DNA from: an uncultured Deinococcaceae bacterium | Lineage (GTDB): Bacteria; Deinococcota; Deinococci; Deinococcales; Deinococcaceae | Assembly (NCBI GenBank): GCA_964252075.1 | Contig: CAXULY010000004.1 | Span: 96,001-160,000 of the forward strand | Length of the DNA: 64,000 bases | Direction: 5' to 3' | Part shown: piece after piece, positions 23,970-33,903 of the stretch | Numbering within the stretch: the first letter of the stretch is position 1 | Layout of the letters: each line of letters begins with the position of its first letter | Notes under the pieces: generated by a model | Told to the model about the DNA's origin: nothing | Databases searched by the model: none | The model's input: only the letters and a program-made list of their open reading frames with translations | Made by a program: the position numbers and the translations under genes

Positions 23970-25235
23970 GTGAAGGTTCCCGTGCGCTACATCATCACCC
24001 GACCGTGTCTGTCTGAAGGCAGCCTGCGTCTGTTGAAATACCTTGAACCCACCTTCTCGCAGGACGGCCCCGTCGAGTTGCGTGACGAGCAGGGCCGCAG
24101 CTACACCGCGCGTGTGGAGCGCGCGGCCGGACGGGTGTGGGGTCTGCGCGACCTCTACCACGATCACCACCTGGGCGTGAACGACGTGTTGGTGCTGCAG
24201 GAACTGGAGGCCGGGCGCTTCCAGGTGGACTGCGTGGTGAAGCCCGCCCCGAGCCGGAACACCACCACGACGCAGCGCCTCCCGGACCCGCCGCGCCGCG
24301 TCGTGGTGAACCAGAGCGCGTACGTGCGCGAGGTGCGCATGGAGCGCCCCGGTGCGGCCCCCGTGGGCGGCGCGCCCGCCCCCAGCACCCCGGAGCCCGA
24401 GACGGCGTCGCCCGCCCCCGCCGCCACCGTGACGGAGCGGGCGCCGCTGGCGACGCCCACCGCCCCGAGCAGCACGCCCGCAGCGCCCGTCGTGGTGGCG
24501 CGCGCGCCGCAGGTGCAGGTCGCGGCCCGTCCAAGCGCGGCGGTCAGCGCGCCCGAGCGTCCCAATGTGGCGCCCTTGGAAACGCCGGAGGGTCAGCTGC
24601 GTGAACTCGCGCAGCTGACCGGCTATCAGGCCGAGCGGCTCGCGCCGGGCGTGCTGCGCCTGCGGGCGAACCTCGGCGCGCATGGGTACAGCGTGCTGCT
24701 GGCCCTCGCGGAGGAAGCCACGCAGGGCCCCGCGTGGCGTGAGCCCTGCGATTATCAGGTGCTGCTGACCACCGAGGCCGAGCGCCCGCAGGGTGTGCCG
24801 CGCCTCACGCGTGAGGCCCTCTCGGCGCTGATTGAGCACGCACGCCTCACGCCCCTCTCCCCCATCGAGCTGCGCGGGTACTGGAACACCGGCAGCTTCG
24901 ATCTGGAGAGCGTCTCGAGCCTCGCGGAACTGGTGAGCGCGCAGTTGCAGCAGCGCGGCACGCTGTCGTTCGTGCTGATGACGCTCGGTCAGCAGCCCGC
25001 GCACAGCGTGGTGAGCCTGCCGCGCCTCGCAGAGCGCCTCGGCAGCGGCGTGAATGCCGCCGAGCTGCGCTCCATCCTGGACGGCCTGTGCCGCCCCCCG
25101 CTGGGCCTGCTGACCCCGCTGTCCAGCAACCAGTACTACCTGCGCAGCGACATGGACAGCGCCCTGCGCGAACTCTCGGAGTACGCCGAGGGCCTGCGCC
25201 GCCGACTGACGGCCCGCGCCAGCGCTGCCGACTGA
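23970..25235 (+). CDS. Hypothetical multi-domain protein (possible nucleic-acid binding)
   Basis: SD GGAGGA + GTG; globular N-domain, Pro/Ala linker, C-terminal domains; host codon bias. Confidence 0.75.
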   Translation: MKVPVRYIITRPCLSEGSLRLLKYLEPTFSQDGPVELRDEQGRSYTARVERAAGRVWGLRDLYHDHHLGVNDVLVLQELEAGRFQVDCVVKPAPSRNTTTTQRLPDPPRRVVVNQSAYVREVRMERPGAAPVGGAPAPSTPEPETASPAPAATVTERAPLATPTAPSSTPAAPVVVARAPQVQVAARPSAAVSAPERPNVAPLETPEGQLRELAQLTGYQAERLAPGVLRLRANLGAHGYSVLLALAEEATQGPAWREPCDYQVLLTTEAERPQGVPRLTREALSALIEHARLTPLSPIELRGYWNTGSFDLESVSSLAELVSAQLQQRGTLSFVLMTLGQQPAHSVVSLPRLAERLGSGVNAAELRSILDGLCRPPLGLLTPLSSNQYYLRSDMDSALRELSEYAEGLRRRLTARASAAD

Positions 25236-25281
25236 CATCCGGACGTGAGGGGTGGGCGCCCGTGCGGGCGCCCACCCCCAG

Positions 25282-26466
25282 TCACAGCAGGGCCCAGCCG
25301 ACCGCTGCGCTGAGCAGCACCACCAGCCAGGCGGGCCAGCGCGCGTGCTCCAGCAGCGCGAAGGCCGCCAGGACCAGCGCAAAATCCCGCGCGGACGCCA
25401 CCGCGCCCGTGAACACCGGGGTGTACAGCGCCGCGAGCAGCAGGCCCACGACGCCCGCGTTCACGCCCGCGAGCGCCGCGCGCACCGCAGGCCGCCGCCG
25501 CAGGTCGTGCCAGAACGGCAGCGCGCCCGCCACCAGCAGGTAGGCGGGCAGGAACACCGCCACCAACGCCACGACCGCGCCCACCACCGGATTCAGCCCG
25601 ACGCGCGCGAGGGCGCCCAGATAGGCGCTGAAGGTGAAGAGGGGGCCCGGCACCGCCTGCGCCGCGCCGTACCCGGCCAGGAAGGCGTCGTGGCTCACCC
25701 AGCCGGGCGGCACCACCTCGCGTTCCAGCAACGGCAGCACCACGTGCCCACCCCCGAAGACCAGCGCGCCGGAGCGGTAGAAGCTGTCGGCGAGCGCCAG
25801 CACCGGGCCGCCCAGCGTGGCGCGCAGCAGCGGCAGCGCCAGCAGCAGCAGCAGGAACAGCGCCAGCAGCGAGAGCGCCACCCGGCGCGAGCCCAAGGGC
25901 GGTGACGCCTCGTCCGTGAGGGGCGCACTGGTGCGCAGCCAGCGCCAGCCCACCCCGCCACTCACCGCGATCACCGCGACCTGCGCGAGGTTCCCGGGCA
26001 GCAGCAGCGCCGCCACCGCGGAGGCGAGGGCCAGCGCCGCGCGGCCGCGGTCGGGGGTGAGGTGGCGCGCCATGCCCAGCACCGCCTGCGCCACCACCGC
26101 GACCGCCACGAGCTTCAGGCCCCGCAGCCAGCCCGGGTCCCCGAGCGCGCCGAGCCGTCCGACGCCCAGCGCGAACAGCACGAGGAGCGCGGCGCTGGGC
26201 AAGGTGAAGCCCAGCCACGCCGCCAGCGCGCCCCACGGCCCGGCGCGCAGGGTGCCGAGCGCCATGCCGACCTGCGAGGACGCCGGACCCGGCAGGAACT
26301 GACACAGGGCCACGAGGTCCGCGTAGGCCTCCTCGCTCAGCCACGCGCGGCGCAGCACGAACTCCGTGCGGAAGTACCCCAGGTGCGCGACCGGCCCCCC
26401 GAAGCTCGTGAGGCCCAGCCGCAGGAAGACCACGAACACCTCCGCGAGCGCTGGCACGCCCGCCAC
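25282..26466 (-). CDS. chrA: Chromate efflux transporter
   Basis: SFGGPVAH, QFLPGPASSQ, FGGGHVV, AQAVPGP. Confidence 0.92.
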   Translation of the reverse strand: MAGVPALAEVFVVFLRLGLTSFGGPVAHLGYFRTEFVLRRAWLSEEAYADLVALCQFLPGPASSQVGMALGTLRAGPWGALAAWLGFTLPSAALLVLFALGVGRLGALGDPGWLRGLKLVAVAVVAQAVLGMARHLTPDRGRAALALASAVAALLLPGNLAQVAVIAVSGGVGWRWLRTSAPLTDEASPPLGSRRVALSLLALFLLLLLALPLLRATLGGPVLALADSFYRSGALVFGGGHVVLPLLEREVVPPGWVSHDAFLAGYGAAQAVPGPLFTFSAYLGALARVGLNPVVGAVVALVAVFLPAYLLVAGALPFWHDLRRRPAVRAALAGVNAGVVGLLLAALYTPVFTGAVASARDFALVLAAFALLEHARWPAWLVVLLSAAVGWALL

Positions 26467-26487
26467 GGTAACAGGTGCAGGGCGCGC

Positions 26488-26907
26488 TCAGGTCACGCGG
26501 ATGACGCGCCGCCCCTGCGGCACGTGCTCCAGCTGCAGGCGCCACGCGCCGGGGAAGTCGTCGTAGTAGAGCGCGCCCCACTCGATCACGCTCAGGCGGC
26601 TTCCCGTCACGAGGTCCTCAAGGTCCATGTCGAGCAGTTCGGCGGCGTGACGCACCCGGTACGCGTCCACATGCAGGACCCGCCCGGCGGGCGTGGGGTA
26701 CTCCTGCATGAGCGCGTAGGTGGGGCTGGTGACGGCGCCCGTGAACCCCAGCGCCGCCACGAGGCCCTGCGTGAGGGTGGTTTTGCCCGCCCCCAGCTCA
26801 CCGTCGAGGAACAGCACGCTGCCGCTCGGCAGGAGCGGCGCGAGCGCCGCCCCAAACGCGCGCTGCTCCGCCTCCCCCGCGAGCAGGCGCGACTCGCCGG
26901 GCTTCAC
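26488..26907 (-). CDS. tsaE: tRNA threonylcarbamoyladenosine biosynthesis ATPase
   Basis: GELGAGKTT, SPTY, HVDAYR, IEW. Confidence 0.93.
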   Translation of the reverse strand: MKPGESRLLAGEAEQRAFGAALAPLLPSGSVLFLDGELGAGKTTLTQGLVAALGFTGAVTSPTYALMQEYPTPAGRVLHVDAYRVRHAAELLDMDLEDLVTGSRLSVIEWGALYYDDFPGAWRLQLEHVPQGRRVIRVT

Positions 26908-28874
26908 GGCAGCAGGGCGCGCAGTTCCGGGGCCTCGGCCAGCAGGCGACCGCGCCACTCCGGCAGCGCCTCAGGGACCGTTTCCAGCAGCAGCGCGCTG
27001 CCACCCAGACGCAGCGCCAGCCACGCCGCGCCCGCGCCCTCGACACTCAGCAGTTCCGTGTCGCTGCCTGCGGCGGTCAGCAGGTCCGTCAGGCGGGCGG
27101 CGTGCGCCTCCGGCGGCCCGTACAGCGCCTCACCGCCCCGCAGCAGCCAGATGCGCGCGTGTTCCCCCGCCGCCAGGGCGTCCAGCGCCGCGCGCAGGTC
27201 CCCGGCGGGCAGGCCGGAGGGTGTGTCCTCGGGGGCGGGCGCCAGCAGCGGCAGGTCCTCGTCCCCGAATACGTCCAGCAGACCCGCCAGGGCGTCCACC
27301 CCGAAGGCCGAGGTGACCTCGCGGGCCGCCTCGAACTCCGCGCGCGCCTCGTCCAGCAGCGCCTCGGCCTGCTCCAGGGTCTGCCCGTACTTCTCGCGGG
27401 CGTCGCTGGACAGCGCGCCCAGGCGCCGCTGGGCGCGCAGGGTGTCCGCGAGCCGCCCGAGGCGCTGGATGGTCTCGCCCGCCAGGTGGCGGTACACGTC
27501 GTAATCGGTGATGACCTTGTCGGCGCGGGCGTCCAGGCCCTCGCGCTGCTGCGCGGCCTGCGCCATGCGCCGCTCCAGCACCGCCCACAGGGGCGCGAGG
27601 TCCGGCAGCTGCCCGGCCGCGAGCGCGTCGCGCGCGGCCTGCAAGGGCGCGGCGAGTTCCTCGAGGGCGCCGGGCAGGTCGCGGGCCGCGCGTTCCAGCT
27701 CGAAGGTCTCGTGCTGCAGCGCCAGCAGCTTCGCGGCGCTCCCGGCGTCCTGCTGCTCCAGCGTGGCGATCGTGGCGGACAGCTCGCTGAGCGCCTCCGT
27801 GATGAGCGCGCCGCCCTCCAGGGTGCCGCGCGCCACGCGCAGCGCGAGGCCCGTCGCTTCCGGCGCCGCCGCGCCCAGCACATCCAGGCGGGCCTGCAGG
27901 GCGTCCAGTTCCAGGCCCTGCGCGCGCAGGGCCTCCTCGCGCGTGCCCGCGAGGATCTCCCGCAGCCCCACGATGCCTTCGGCGACCAGTTCGCCGCCCT
28001 CGAAGCGGGCGCGCAGGGCCTGCACCTGCTCGCGCAGGTCCGGGCGGAGGCGCGTCACATCGTCGTACTGCCGGGCGAGGTCGGCAAGTTCCCGCGCCTG
28101 CGACTCGCGCTCGGCGCCCGTGAGGCGCTCGCGGGCGTCCTGCGGCAGCAGGTTCAGGTCCACCAGCACGGGCGCGTCCTCGGCCGGGGTAAGCTCACCG
28201 TGGCTGGTGCGCGTGATGACGGAGGACTCCACCAGTTTGCGCAGGTCCAGCGTCAGCTTGCGGGCGCGTTCCACCTCGCCGGGCAGCAGGGTGCCCTGCG
28301 TCTGCGCCTCCTCAACCTGCCGCAGCAGGCTCTCCAGGCGCCTCACCTTCGGCCCCCCCACCGCGGAGAAGCGGTTCAGGTCGGCTTTCAGTTCGGCGAG
28401 GTCGGACGCCTGACCCACCAGGCCTTCCTGCAGGCGGCGGTCCAGCGCCCCCACGAGGTCCAGGCCCTCCTGCAGCAGCTGCACGGGGCGGCGGTTCTGT
28501 TCCAGCTCGCCGCGCACCACCGTGATGAGCGCGCGCAGGCGCTGCGATTCCGGCCAGTCGAAGTACAGCGCGAAGCGCCGCACCGACGCCTCCAGGCTGT
28601 CGAGGGTGGCGCGGTCCTCCAGGCCACCCTCGTTCACGGCGGGCTCGCTCGTCAGGGCGTCCAGCACCTCCTGCACGCGCCGCTTCGCGAGCGGCGCGGG
28701 GACGCTCAGCTGCAGGCGCCGGAAGACCTCCCGCTTGAGGATCTCCTCGATCTGGTCGCGGTTCAGTCCCTCCAGGTCGGTGTGGCGGCTGCGCGCGCCG
28801 TCGGTGAACAGCCGCTCCAGGGCCTTGGTAGACATCAGGTCACCGAGGAGACGCAGTGGCACGCGGTACAGCAC
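26904..28874 (-). CDS. Large helical/coiled-coil hypothetical protein
   Basis: Long ORF with SD and host codon bias; overlaps the tsaE start. Confidence 0.75.
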   Translation of the reverse strand: MLYRVPLRLLGDLMSTKALERLFTDGARSRHTDLEGLNRDQIEEILKREVFRRLQLSVPAPLAKRRVQEVLDALTSEPAVNEGGLEDRATLDSLEASVRRFALYFDWPESQRLRALITVVRGELEQNRRPVQLLQEGLDLVGALDRRLQEGLVGQASDLAELKADLNRFSAVGGPKVRRLESLLRQVEEAQTQGTLLPGEVERARKLTLDLRKLVESSVITRTSHGELTPAEDAPVLVDLNLLPQDARERLTGAERESQARELADLARQYDDVTRLRPDLREQVQALRARFEGGELVAEGIVGLREILAGTREEALRAQGLELDALQARLDVLGAAAPEATGLALRVARGTLEGGALITEALSELSATIATLEQQDAGSAAKLLALQHETFELERAARDLPGALEELAAPLQAARDALAAGQLPDLAPLWAVLERRMAQAAQQREGLDARADKVITDYDVYRHLAGETIQRLGRLADTLRAQRRLGALSSDAREKYGQTLEQAEALLDEARAEFEAAREVTSAFGVDALAGLLDVFGDEDLPLLAPAPEDTPSGLPAGDLRAALDALAAGEHARIWLLRGGEALYGPPEAHAARLTDLLTAAGSDTELLSVEGAGAAWLALRLGGSALLLETVPEALPEWRGRLLAEAPELRALLP

Positions 28875-28981
28875 GTCAGGCCCTCCTGGAGCGCGTGGTG
28901 GGGGCGGGGCGGATCACGGCTGCCACTCTACCCCATGCAGGCGCCCGCCAGCGCCGGAAAAACGCACGTCACGCACGGACC

Positions 28982-30547
28982 TCAGACCTCCTCATCCCAC
29001 TCGACCGTGGAGCTCGCGACGGCCGGAGCGGGGCGGGGGCTGGAGGCCGGGGTGCTGCCGCGCAGCAGCCCGAACTGCACGCACAACCCGCGGAAGCCGT
29101 AAATGCTCAGACCCACCGCGAGCGCGACGCTCAGCGCCCACAGGGACCCCGCCAGCGGCGACTGCAGCAGGCTGAGGTTCGCGAGCGCCCCGAACCCCGT
29201 CATGGCGCCCACCCACGCGCCCAGGCTGGCGAGGCCCTCCAGCATGGCGGGCAGCAGCAGCAGCGTGAACGCCACGCCGATCGCGCGCCAGTACGGGTTG
29301 CGGCCCCCGAACGCGAGGTTCAGCAGGTACAGCGGAACGAAGGCCAGCAGGGCCAGCAGCACCCACACCACGCCGGACAGCCAGCCGCCCCACACCTGCT
29401 GCGCGCCGGCCGCCGCGCGGTCCAGCGCGCTCTCGGGGCGGCTGGCGGCCTGCGCGCGCAGGTTCTGCCACGCGCCAAGCTGCGCGCGCACGTCCGCCGG
29501 ACGCACGAACGGCAGGTTCGCGGCGGCGCGCAGGCCGTCCGCGAAGCGCGAGAAGCCCGGCGCGCGCTGCAGCTCCGCCGGCATGCCGCCCAGCGACAGC
29601 ACCGCGTCCTGCAGGCCAGCCTGCGCGCCGCGCACGTCGCCGTGCCCGGCGGCGCCGAGGGCCGCGAGCAGCGCCTCACCCGTCGCGGTCCCGGCGGCGC
29701 CCGCCGGGGCGCGCGGGGTGACGGCCGGACTGGGGGTGGCGGGCCGCGCGGTCGGCGTGGGCGTCGGCGCGCCCACGGTGGGGAGCGCCGCGCCGCGCCG
29801 CGCCGCCACGACCGCCTGACTGGCGGCGGCCTCGAAGCGGCTCGCGCGGGCCAGCAGCTGACTGCGCGAGCGGGCGTACGCGGCCCCCTGGCGCTGCGTG
29901 ATCCGCGCGAGCGCGCCGGAGAAGTCCTCCACGCGCAGGCCAGCGGCGCGCGGCGAGTCCTGCACCGTCGTGAACCAGCTGAGCGCGCGCGCGGTGCCCA
30001 GGTACGCGCTGCTGGGCCGCGCGGGATCGGCGTCCTCCAGGGACTGACTGACCTTCGTGGCGGCGGCGCGCTCCAGCAGGGCCGTCACCACGTCCGGCCG
30101 GCCCCCCTGCGCGGCCTGCAGCAGCTCGCTGCGGTCCGCGGCGCTCAGGCCGAACTCCTGCCCGAGCAGCGTGAGGCCCGCCGGGGTGGCGTGCGGCAGG
30201 TCCGAGAGCAGCTGCTCGTACAGGGCGCGGCGCAGCAGGCCGCGCACCTGCGCCACCTGCGCTTCCAAGTCCGCCTGCGAGCGCCCCACCGCGATGCGGG
30301 CGTTCTTGATGGCGACGCGCGTGCCGTCCAGCACCACACTGCCCGTCAGGGAGCCGGACAGCTGCTCGAAGGCCGTGGTGGCCTGATCCACGTCCGCGAG
30401 GCTCTTCACGGCGCTGAGCGGACGGTCCCGGACCGCCTGATCCAGCGCGCCGGTGGTGGCGCGGTAGGCGTCGAGGTTCTGCGCGCCCGCCCCACCGAGC
30501 GCGAGGCTGACCGCCAGCAGCAGGGCGGCGCGGCGGGCACGCCTCAC
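28982..30547 (-). CDS. Exported helical protein with C-terminal 3-TM anchor
   Basis: Signal peptide AGA-Q, C-terminal TMs; GTG overlaps the upstream stop. Confidence 0.75.
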   Translation of the reverse strand: MRRARRAALLLAVSLALGGAGAQNLDAYRATTGALDQAVRDRPLSAVKSLADVDQATTAFEQLSGSLTGSVVLDGTRVAIKNARIAVGRSQADLEAQVAQVRGLLRRALYEQLLSDLPHATPAGLTLLGQEFGLSAADRSELLQAAQGGRPDVVTALLERAAATKVSQSLEDADPARPSSAYLGTARALSWFTTVQDSPRAAGLRVEDFSGALARITQRQGAAYARSRSQLLARASRFEAAASQAVVAARRGAALPTVGAPTPTPTARPATPSPAVTPRAPAGAAGTATGEALLAALGAAGHGDVRGAQAGLQDAVLSLGGMPAELQRAPGFSRFADGLRAAANLPFVRPADVRAQLGAWQNLRAQAASRPESALDRAAAGAQQVWGGWLSGVVWVLLALLAFVPLYLLNLAFGGRNPYWRAIGVAFTLLLLPAMLEGLASLGAWVGAMTGFGALANLSLLQSPLAGSLWALSVALAVGLSIYGFRGLCVQFGLLRGSTPASSPRPAPAVASSTVEWDEEV

Positions 30548-31326
30548 GCAGCCTCCTGCAGCGCCCCGAGTTCCGCGATGAGGCGACCCAGGTTCGCGCT
30601 GCCCGTCGCGAGGAGCGCCACGAAGTACCCGCCGAGCGGACGCATGCACACCGTCTGCTCGCCCAGCTCGGCGCTCAGCACGCGCCAGCGGCGCTCGCCC
30701 AGCAGCAGCGCGGTGGCGGCCACCACGGTGCCGAGCTGCTGCGCGCCGCGCGACAGGCGCGAGCGCAGCACGCGCCCCTGACGGTCGCAGATCACCACGC
30801 CCTGCACGCCGCGCTGGCGGGCCAGGTCCGAGAGCAGCGCCTCCTGCCCCTCGGTGCTGTCCAGCGCGTAGCGGCGCACGGGAATCGCGGTGCGCAGCGC
30901 CTCCTCGGGGTCATCGAACTCGAAGTCGTCCTCGTCCCACTCGAAGTCATCGGCGCCCAGGGCGGCCTCCGGGGGGGCGGTGAGGCCGAGGGCGCTGGTG
31001 TCCCAGGCAGGTCCGCTCGCGAAGACGCCCGCCGCCTGCACCACCGGGAACAGGGTGGGGGCCTTGGGGTAATGGTGCTGCAGCTGCTCGGACAGGCGGC
31101 GCAGCTCCGCGCGGGCGCGCGGCTCGGGCATCACGGCGGACAGCCGCTCCAGCAGCGGGCCGACCAGCACGCGCTGCATGTCCTCCGCAGTGACGGCATC
31201 CGGGGTGTGGGCGGCATCATCCAGGGCAGAGCGCACCATGCGGTCGGCGGCCCGGTCGGACACCACCTGCGCCAGCGCATCTGCCACCAATTTGAAGACG
31301 GAGTTCGACATGGTCTCGGCATTCAT
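30544..31326 (-). CDS. Roadblock/LC7 domain-containing protein
   Basis: C-terminal GVQGVVICDRQGRVL...ANLGRL roadblock pattern; acidic linker. Confidence 0.75.
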   Translation of the reverse strand: MNAETMSNSVFKLVADALAQVVSDRAADRMVRSALDDAAHTPDAVTAEDMQRVLVGPLLERLSAVMPEPRARAELRRLSEQLQHHYPKAPTLFPVVQAAGVFASGPAWDTSALGLTAPPEAALGADDFEWDEDDFEFDDPEEALRTAIPVRRYALDSTEGQEALLSDLARQRGVQGVVICDRQGRVLRSRLSRGAQQLGTVVAATALLLGERRWRVLSAELGEQTVCMRPLGGYFVALLATGSANLGRLIAELGALQEAA

Positions 31327-31435
31327 ATAATCACGCCCTCATATTCAGCAGCCTTACATTTGTGGCAGCGCCGCGCGCGGCCGGATGGGGTGCTGGCTCA
31401 GCCCGCGCCTGAAGTGCGCACTCTAGACTGACTGC

Positions 31436-32623
31436 ATGACCACCATCACGGACCGCCTGCGCCGCACCCTGGACGACCTGCGCGCCCAGGGGCTCCTCAT
31501 CCGCCCGCGCGTGCTGGAGGCGCCGCAGCGCGCCCGCACGCGCATCGAGGGCCGCGAGGTCGTGAACCTCGCCAGCAACAACTACCTGGGCTTCGCGGAC
31601 CACCCCTTCCTGAAGGAACGCGCCGAGCAGTACCTGCGCGAGTGGGGCGCCGGGGCGGGCGCCGTGCGCACCATCGCGGGCACCCTCTCCATCCACGAGG
31701 ACTTCGAGCGGCAACTCGCGGAGTTCAAGCACACCGGCAGCGCCCTCGTGCTGCAGAGCGGCTTCACCACCAACCAGGGCGTGCTCGGCAGCCTCCTCGC
31801 CGAAGGGGACCTCGTGGTGAGCGACGAGCTGAACCACGCCAGCATCATTGACGGCCTGCGCCTCGCGAAGGCCACCAAGAAGATCTTCAAGCACAAGGAC
31901 CTGAACGACCTGGAACGCGTCCTCGCGGAGAACCCCACGGACGGCCTGAAGCTCGTCGTGACGGACGGCGTGTTCAGCATGGACGGCGACATCGCGCCGC
32001 TGGACGGCATCGTGGCGGTCGCGCGGCGGCACGGCGCCGTCACGTACGTGGACGACGCGCACGGCAGCGGCGTGCTCGGTGAGGCGGGGCGCGGCACCGT
32101 GCACCACTTCGGCCTGCAGGGCGCGGACGACGTGCTGCAGATCGGCACGCTCTCCAAGGCGTGGGGCGTGGTGGGCGGCTACGCGGCGGGCCCGCACGAC
32201 CTGCGCGAGGTACTGCTGAACCGCGCGCGGCCCTATCTGTTCTCCACCGCGCAACCCCCCGCCGTGGTGGGCGCCCTGAGCGCCGCGCTGGAACTCGTGC
32301 AGCGCGAACCGGAAATCATGGAGACGCTCTGGGCGAACACCCGCTACTTCAAAGCGGAACTGCAGCGCCTGGGCTTCGACACCTTCGGCAGCGAGACGCC
32401 CATCACACCCGTGATTTTCGGGGAGGCCGAAGCAGCTTTCGAGGCCAGCCGCGCCCTGTTCGCCGAGGGGGTGTTCGCGGTGGGGCTCGGCTTCCCCACC
32501 GTGCCGCGCGGCCTCGCGCGCATCCGCAACATCGTGACGGCCGAACACACGCGCGACGACCTGGATTACGCGCTCGCCGCGTACGAACGGGTGGGACGCG
32601 GCCTGGGCGTCGTGGCGGGCTGA
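31436..32623 (+). CDS. Glycine C-acetyltransferase / 8-amino-7-oxononanoate synthase (Kbl/BioF family)
   Basis: SNNYLG, NHASIIDG, DGVFSMDG, DDAHG, GTLSKA. Confidence 0.92.
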   Translation: MTTITDRLRRTLDDLRAQGLLIRPRVLEAPQRARTRIEGREVVNLASNNYLGFADHPFLKERAEQYLREWGAGAGAVRTIAGTLSIHEDFERQLAEFKHTGSALVLQSGFTTNQGVLGSLLAEGDLVVSDELNHASIIDGLRLAKATKKIFKHKDLNDLERVLAENPTDGLKLVVTDGVFSMDGDIAPLDGIVAVARRHGAVTYVDDAHGSGVLGEAGRGTVHHFGLQGADDVLQIGTLSKAWGVVGGYAAGPHDLREVLLNRARPYLFSTAQPPAVVGALSAALELVQREPEIMETLWANTRYFKAELQRLGFDTFGSETPITPVIFGEAEAAFEASRALFAEGVFAVGLGFPTVPRGLARIRNIVTAEHTRDDLDYALAAYERVGRGLGVVAG

Positions 32624-32641
32624 GGCTGACCCGGAGCGCCG

Positions 32642-33028
32642 ATGCCCACTGACGACACCCTGGATCGCCAGATCATGCTCGACGTCCTCGCAGCGGAGTT
32701 GAAGCTGGAGGAGACCGACGCCAACAGCCACGTTGAGGGCCTGGCAGGACGCCTGAGCCACCTCTTCCCGCAGCATGTGACGGTGAGCCGCGAGTCGCGT
32801 CCGGGACTGCCACAGCACCTGAGTATCGCCGTGGATCTGGGCGGCGCGCGCCTCGTGCTGCGAACGCACGACTGCCAGCTGATCTACGAGTCCGTCCTGC
32901 GGGTGCATGGCATTGACTTGAGTCGCCAGCGGCTGAGTCAGCAGGCATGGCTGGAACAATTGACCGCCGCCATCGTCCGGCACACCGAAACCCTGCGTGC
33001 CAGCGAGCAGCTCAGGGACCTGCTGTGA
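32642..33028 (+). CDS. Hypothetical protein
   Basis: ORF immediately upstream of the YbjQ gene; HGIDLSRQ...WL motif; atypical codon use. Confidence 0.6.
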   Translation: MPTDDTLDRQIMLDVLAAELKLEETDANSHVEGLAGRLSHLFPQHVTVSRESRPGLPQHLSIAVDLGGARLVLRTHDCQLIYESVLRVHGIDLSRQRLSQQAWLEQLTAAIVRHTETLRASEQLRDLL

Positions 33029-33043
33029 CCGAGCGGAGGCCAC

Positions 33044-33826
33044 ATGCAAGATCCTGAGAGTGCCCAACGCCTTGAACAGAACAAGACGGGGCTGTTCACC
33101 TCAGACCTTTCAGTTGCTGAGTTTCTGCTGCTCGACGAGCTCGGGTACAGGCCGCTCGGGCTGGTGATGGGCTCCTGTGTCTACCAGGTGGGCTTTCAGA
33201 GCGCCCCCTGGCGAGAAAGTCTGGAACTGACCGCCATCACCCAGGCCATGTACACCGCCCGGCACCTCGCCATGAGCCGCATGACTGAGGAAGCCCGTTA
33301 CCTGGGCGCCGCTGGCGTCGTCGGCATGCGCCTGGACATCGGCGGACAACACCTGGGGCTGGGGAATGGCGTCCTGGAATTCATGGCGGTCGGCACCGCC
33401 GTCGCCGCACCGCAGGATGAGGAACACACGCTGGACCCCTTCACATCCAACCTCTCGGGTCAGGAGTTCTACAAACTGCACCGGGGCGGCTTCCGCCCCG
33501 TGGGTCTGACGGTGGGGAACTGCGTGTACCACGTGGCGTATCAAGGCGGCTCCGTGTACGCGAGGGGCCACAGCAACGAGGAGATGACCCACTACACCAT
33601 CGCCATCTACCACGCCCGCGAGCTGGCCATGGACCGCATGCAGGCTGAAGGCATACGCGACCGCGCCATCGGGATTGTGGGCACGCGGATCAGCGAGCAC
33701 ACACGAGGGTGGGACAAACAGGTCTTCGAATTCCTCGCGATGGGAACCAGCATCCGCCGTGCCACGAACAGCAGCACAACATCACTGCGGCCCGAGCCCA
33801 GCATGGTCTTGAGCCTTGACGAGTGA
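33044..33826 (+). CDS. Tandem YbjQ/heavy-metal-binding domain protein
   Basis: Two repeats FTS(D/N)LS..EF...G.RP.GL..G.CVY...AM.RM..E...G.VG...EF.A.GT. Confidence 0.8.
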   Translation: MQDPESAQRLEQNKTGLFTSDLSVAEFLLLDELGYRPLGLVMGSCVYQVGFQSAPWRESLELTAITQAMYTARHLAMSRMTEEARYLGAAGVVGMRLDIGGQHLGLGNGVLEFMAVGTAVAAPQDEEHTLDPFTSNLSGQEFYKLHRGGFRPVGLTVGNCVYHVAYQGGSVYARGHSNEEMTHYTIAIYHARELAMDRMQAEGIRDRAIGIVGTRISEHTRGWDKQVFEFLAMGTSIRRATNSSTTSLRPEPSMVLSLDE

Positions 33827-33903
33827 GGTCGGATTTCAGGCAGGCACGACAGGTCAGGGGTGAGGAGGGAAGACAGTCAGCGGTTGTGGCCGCGCCCGTC
33901 TCC

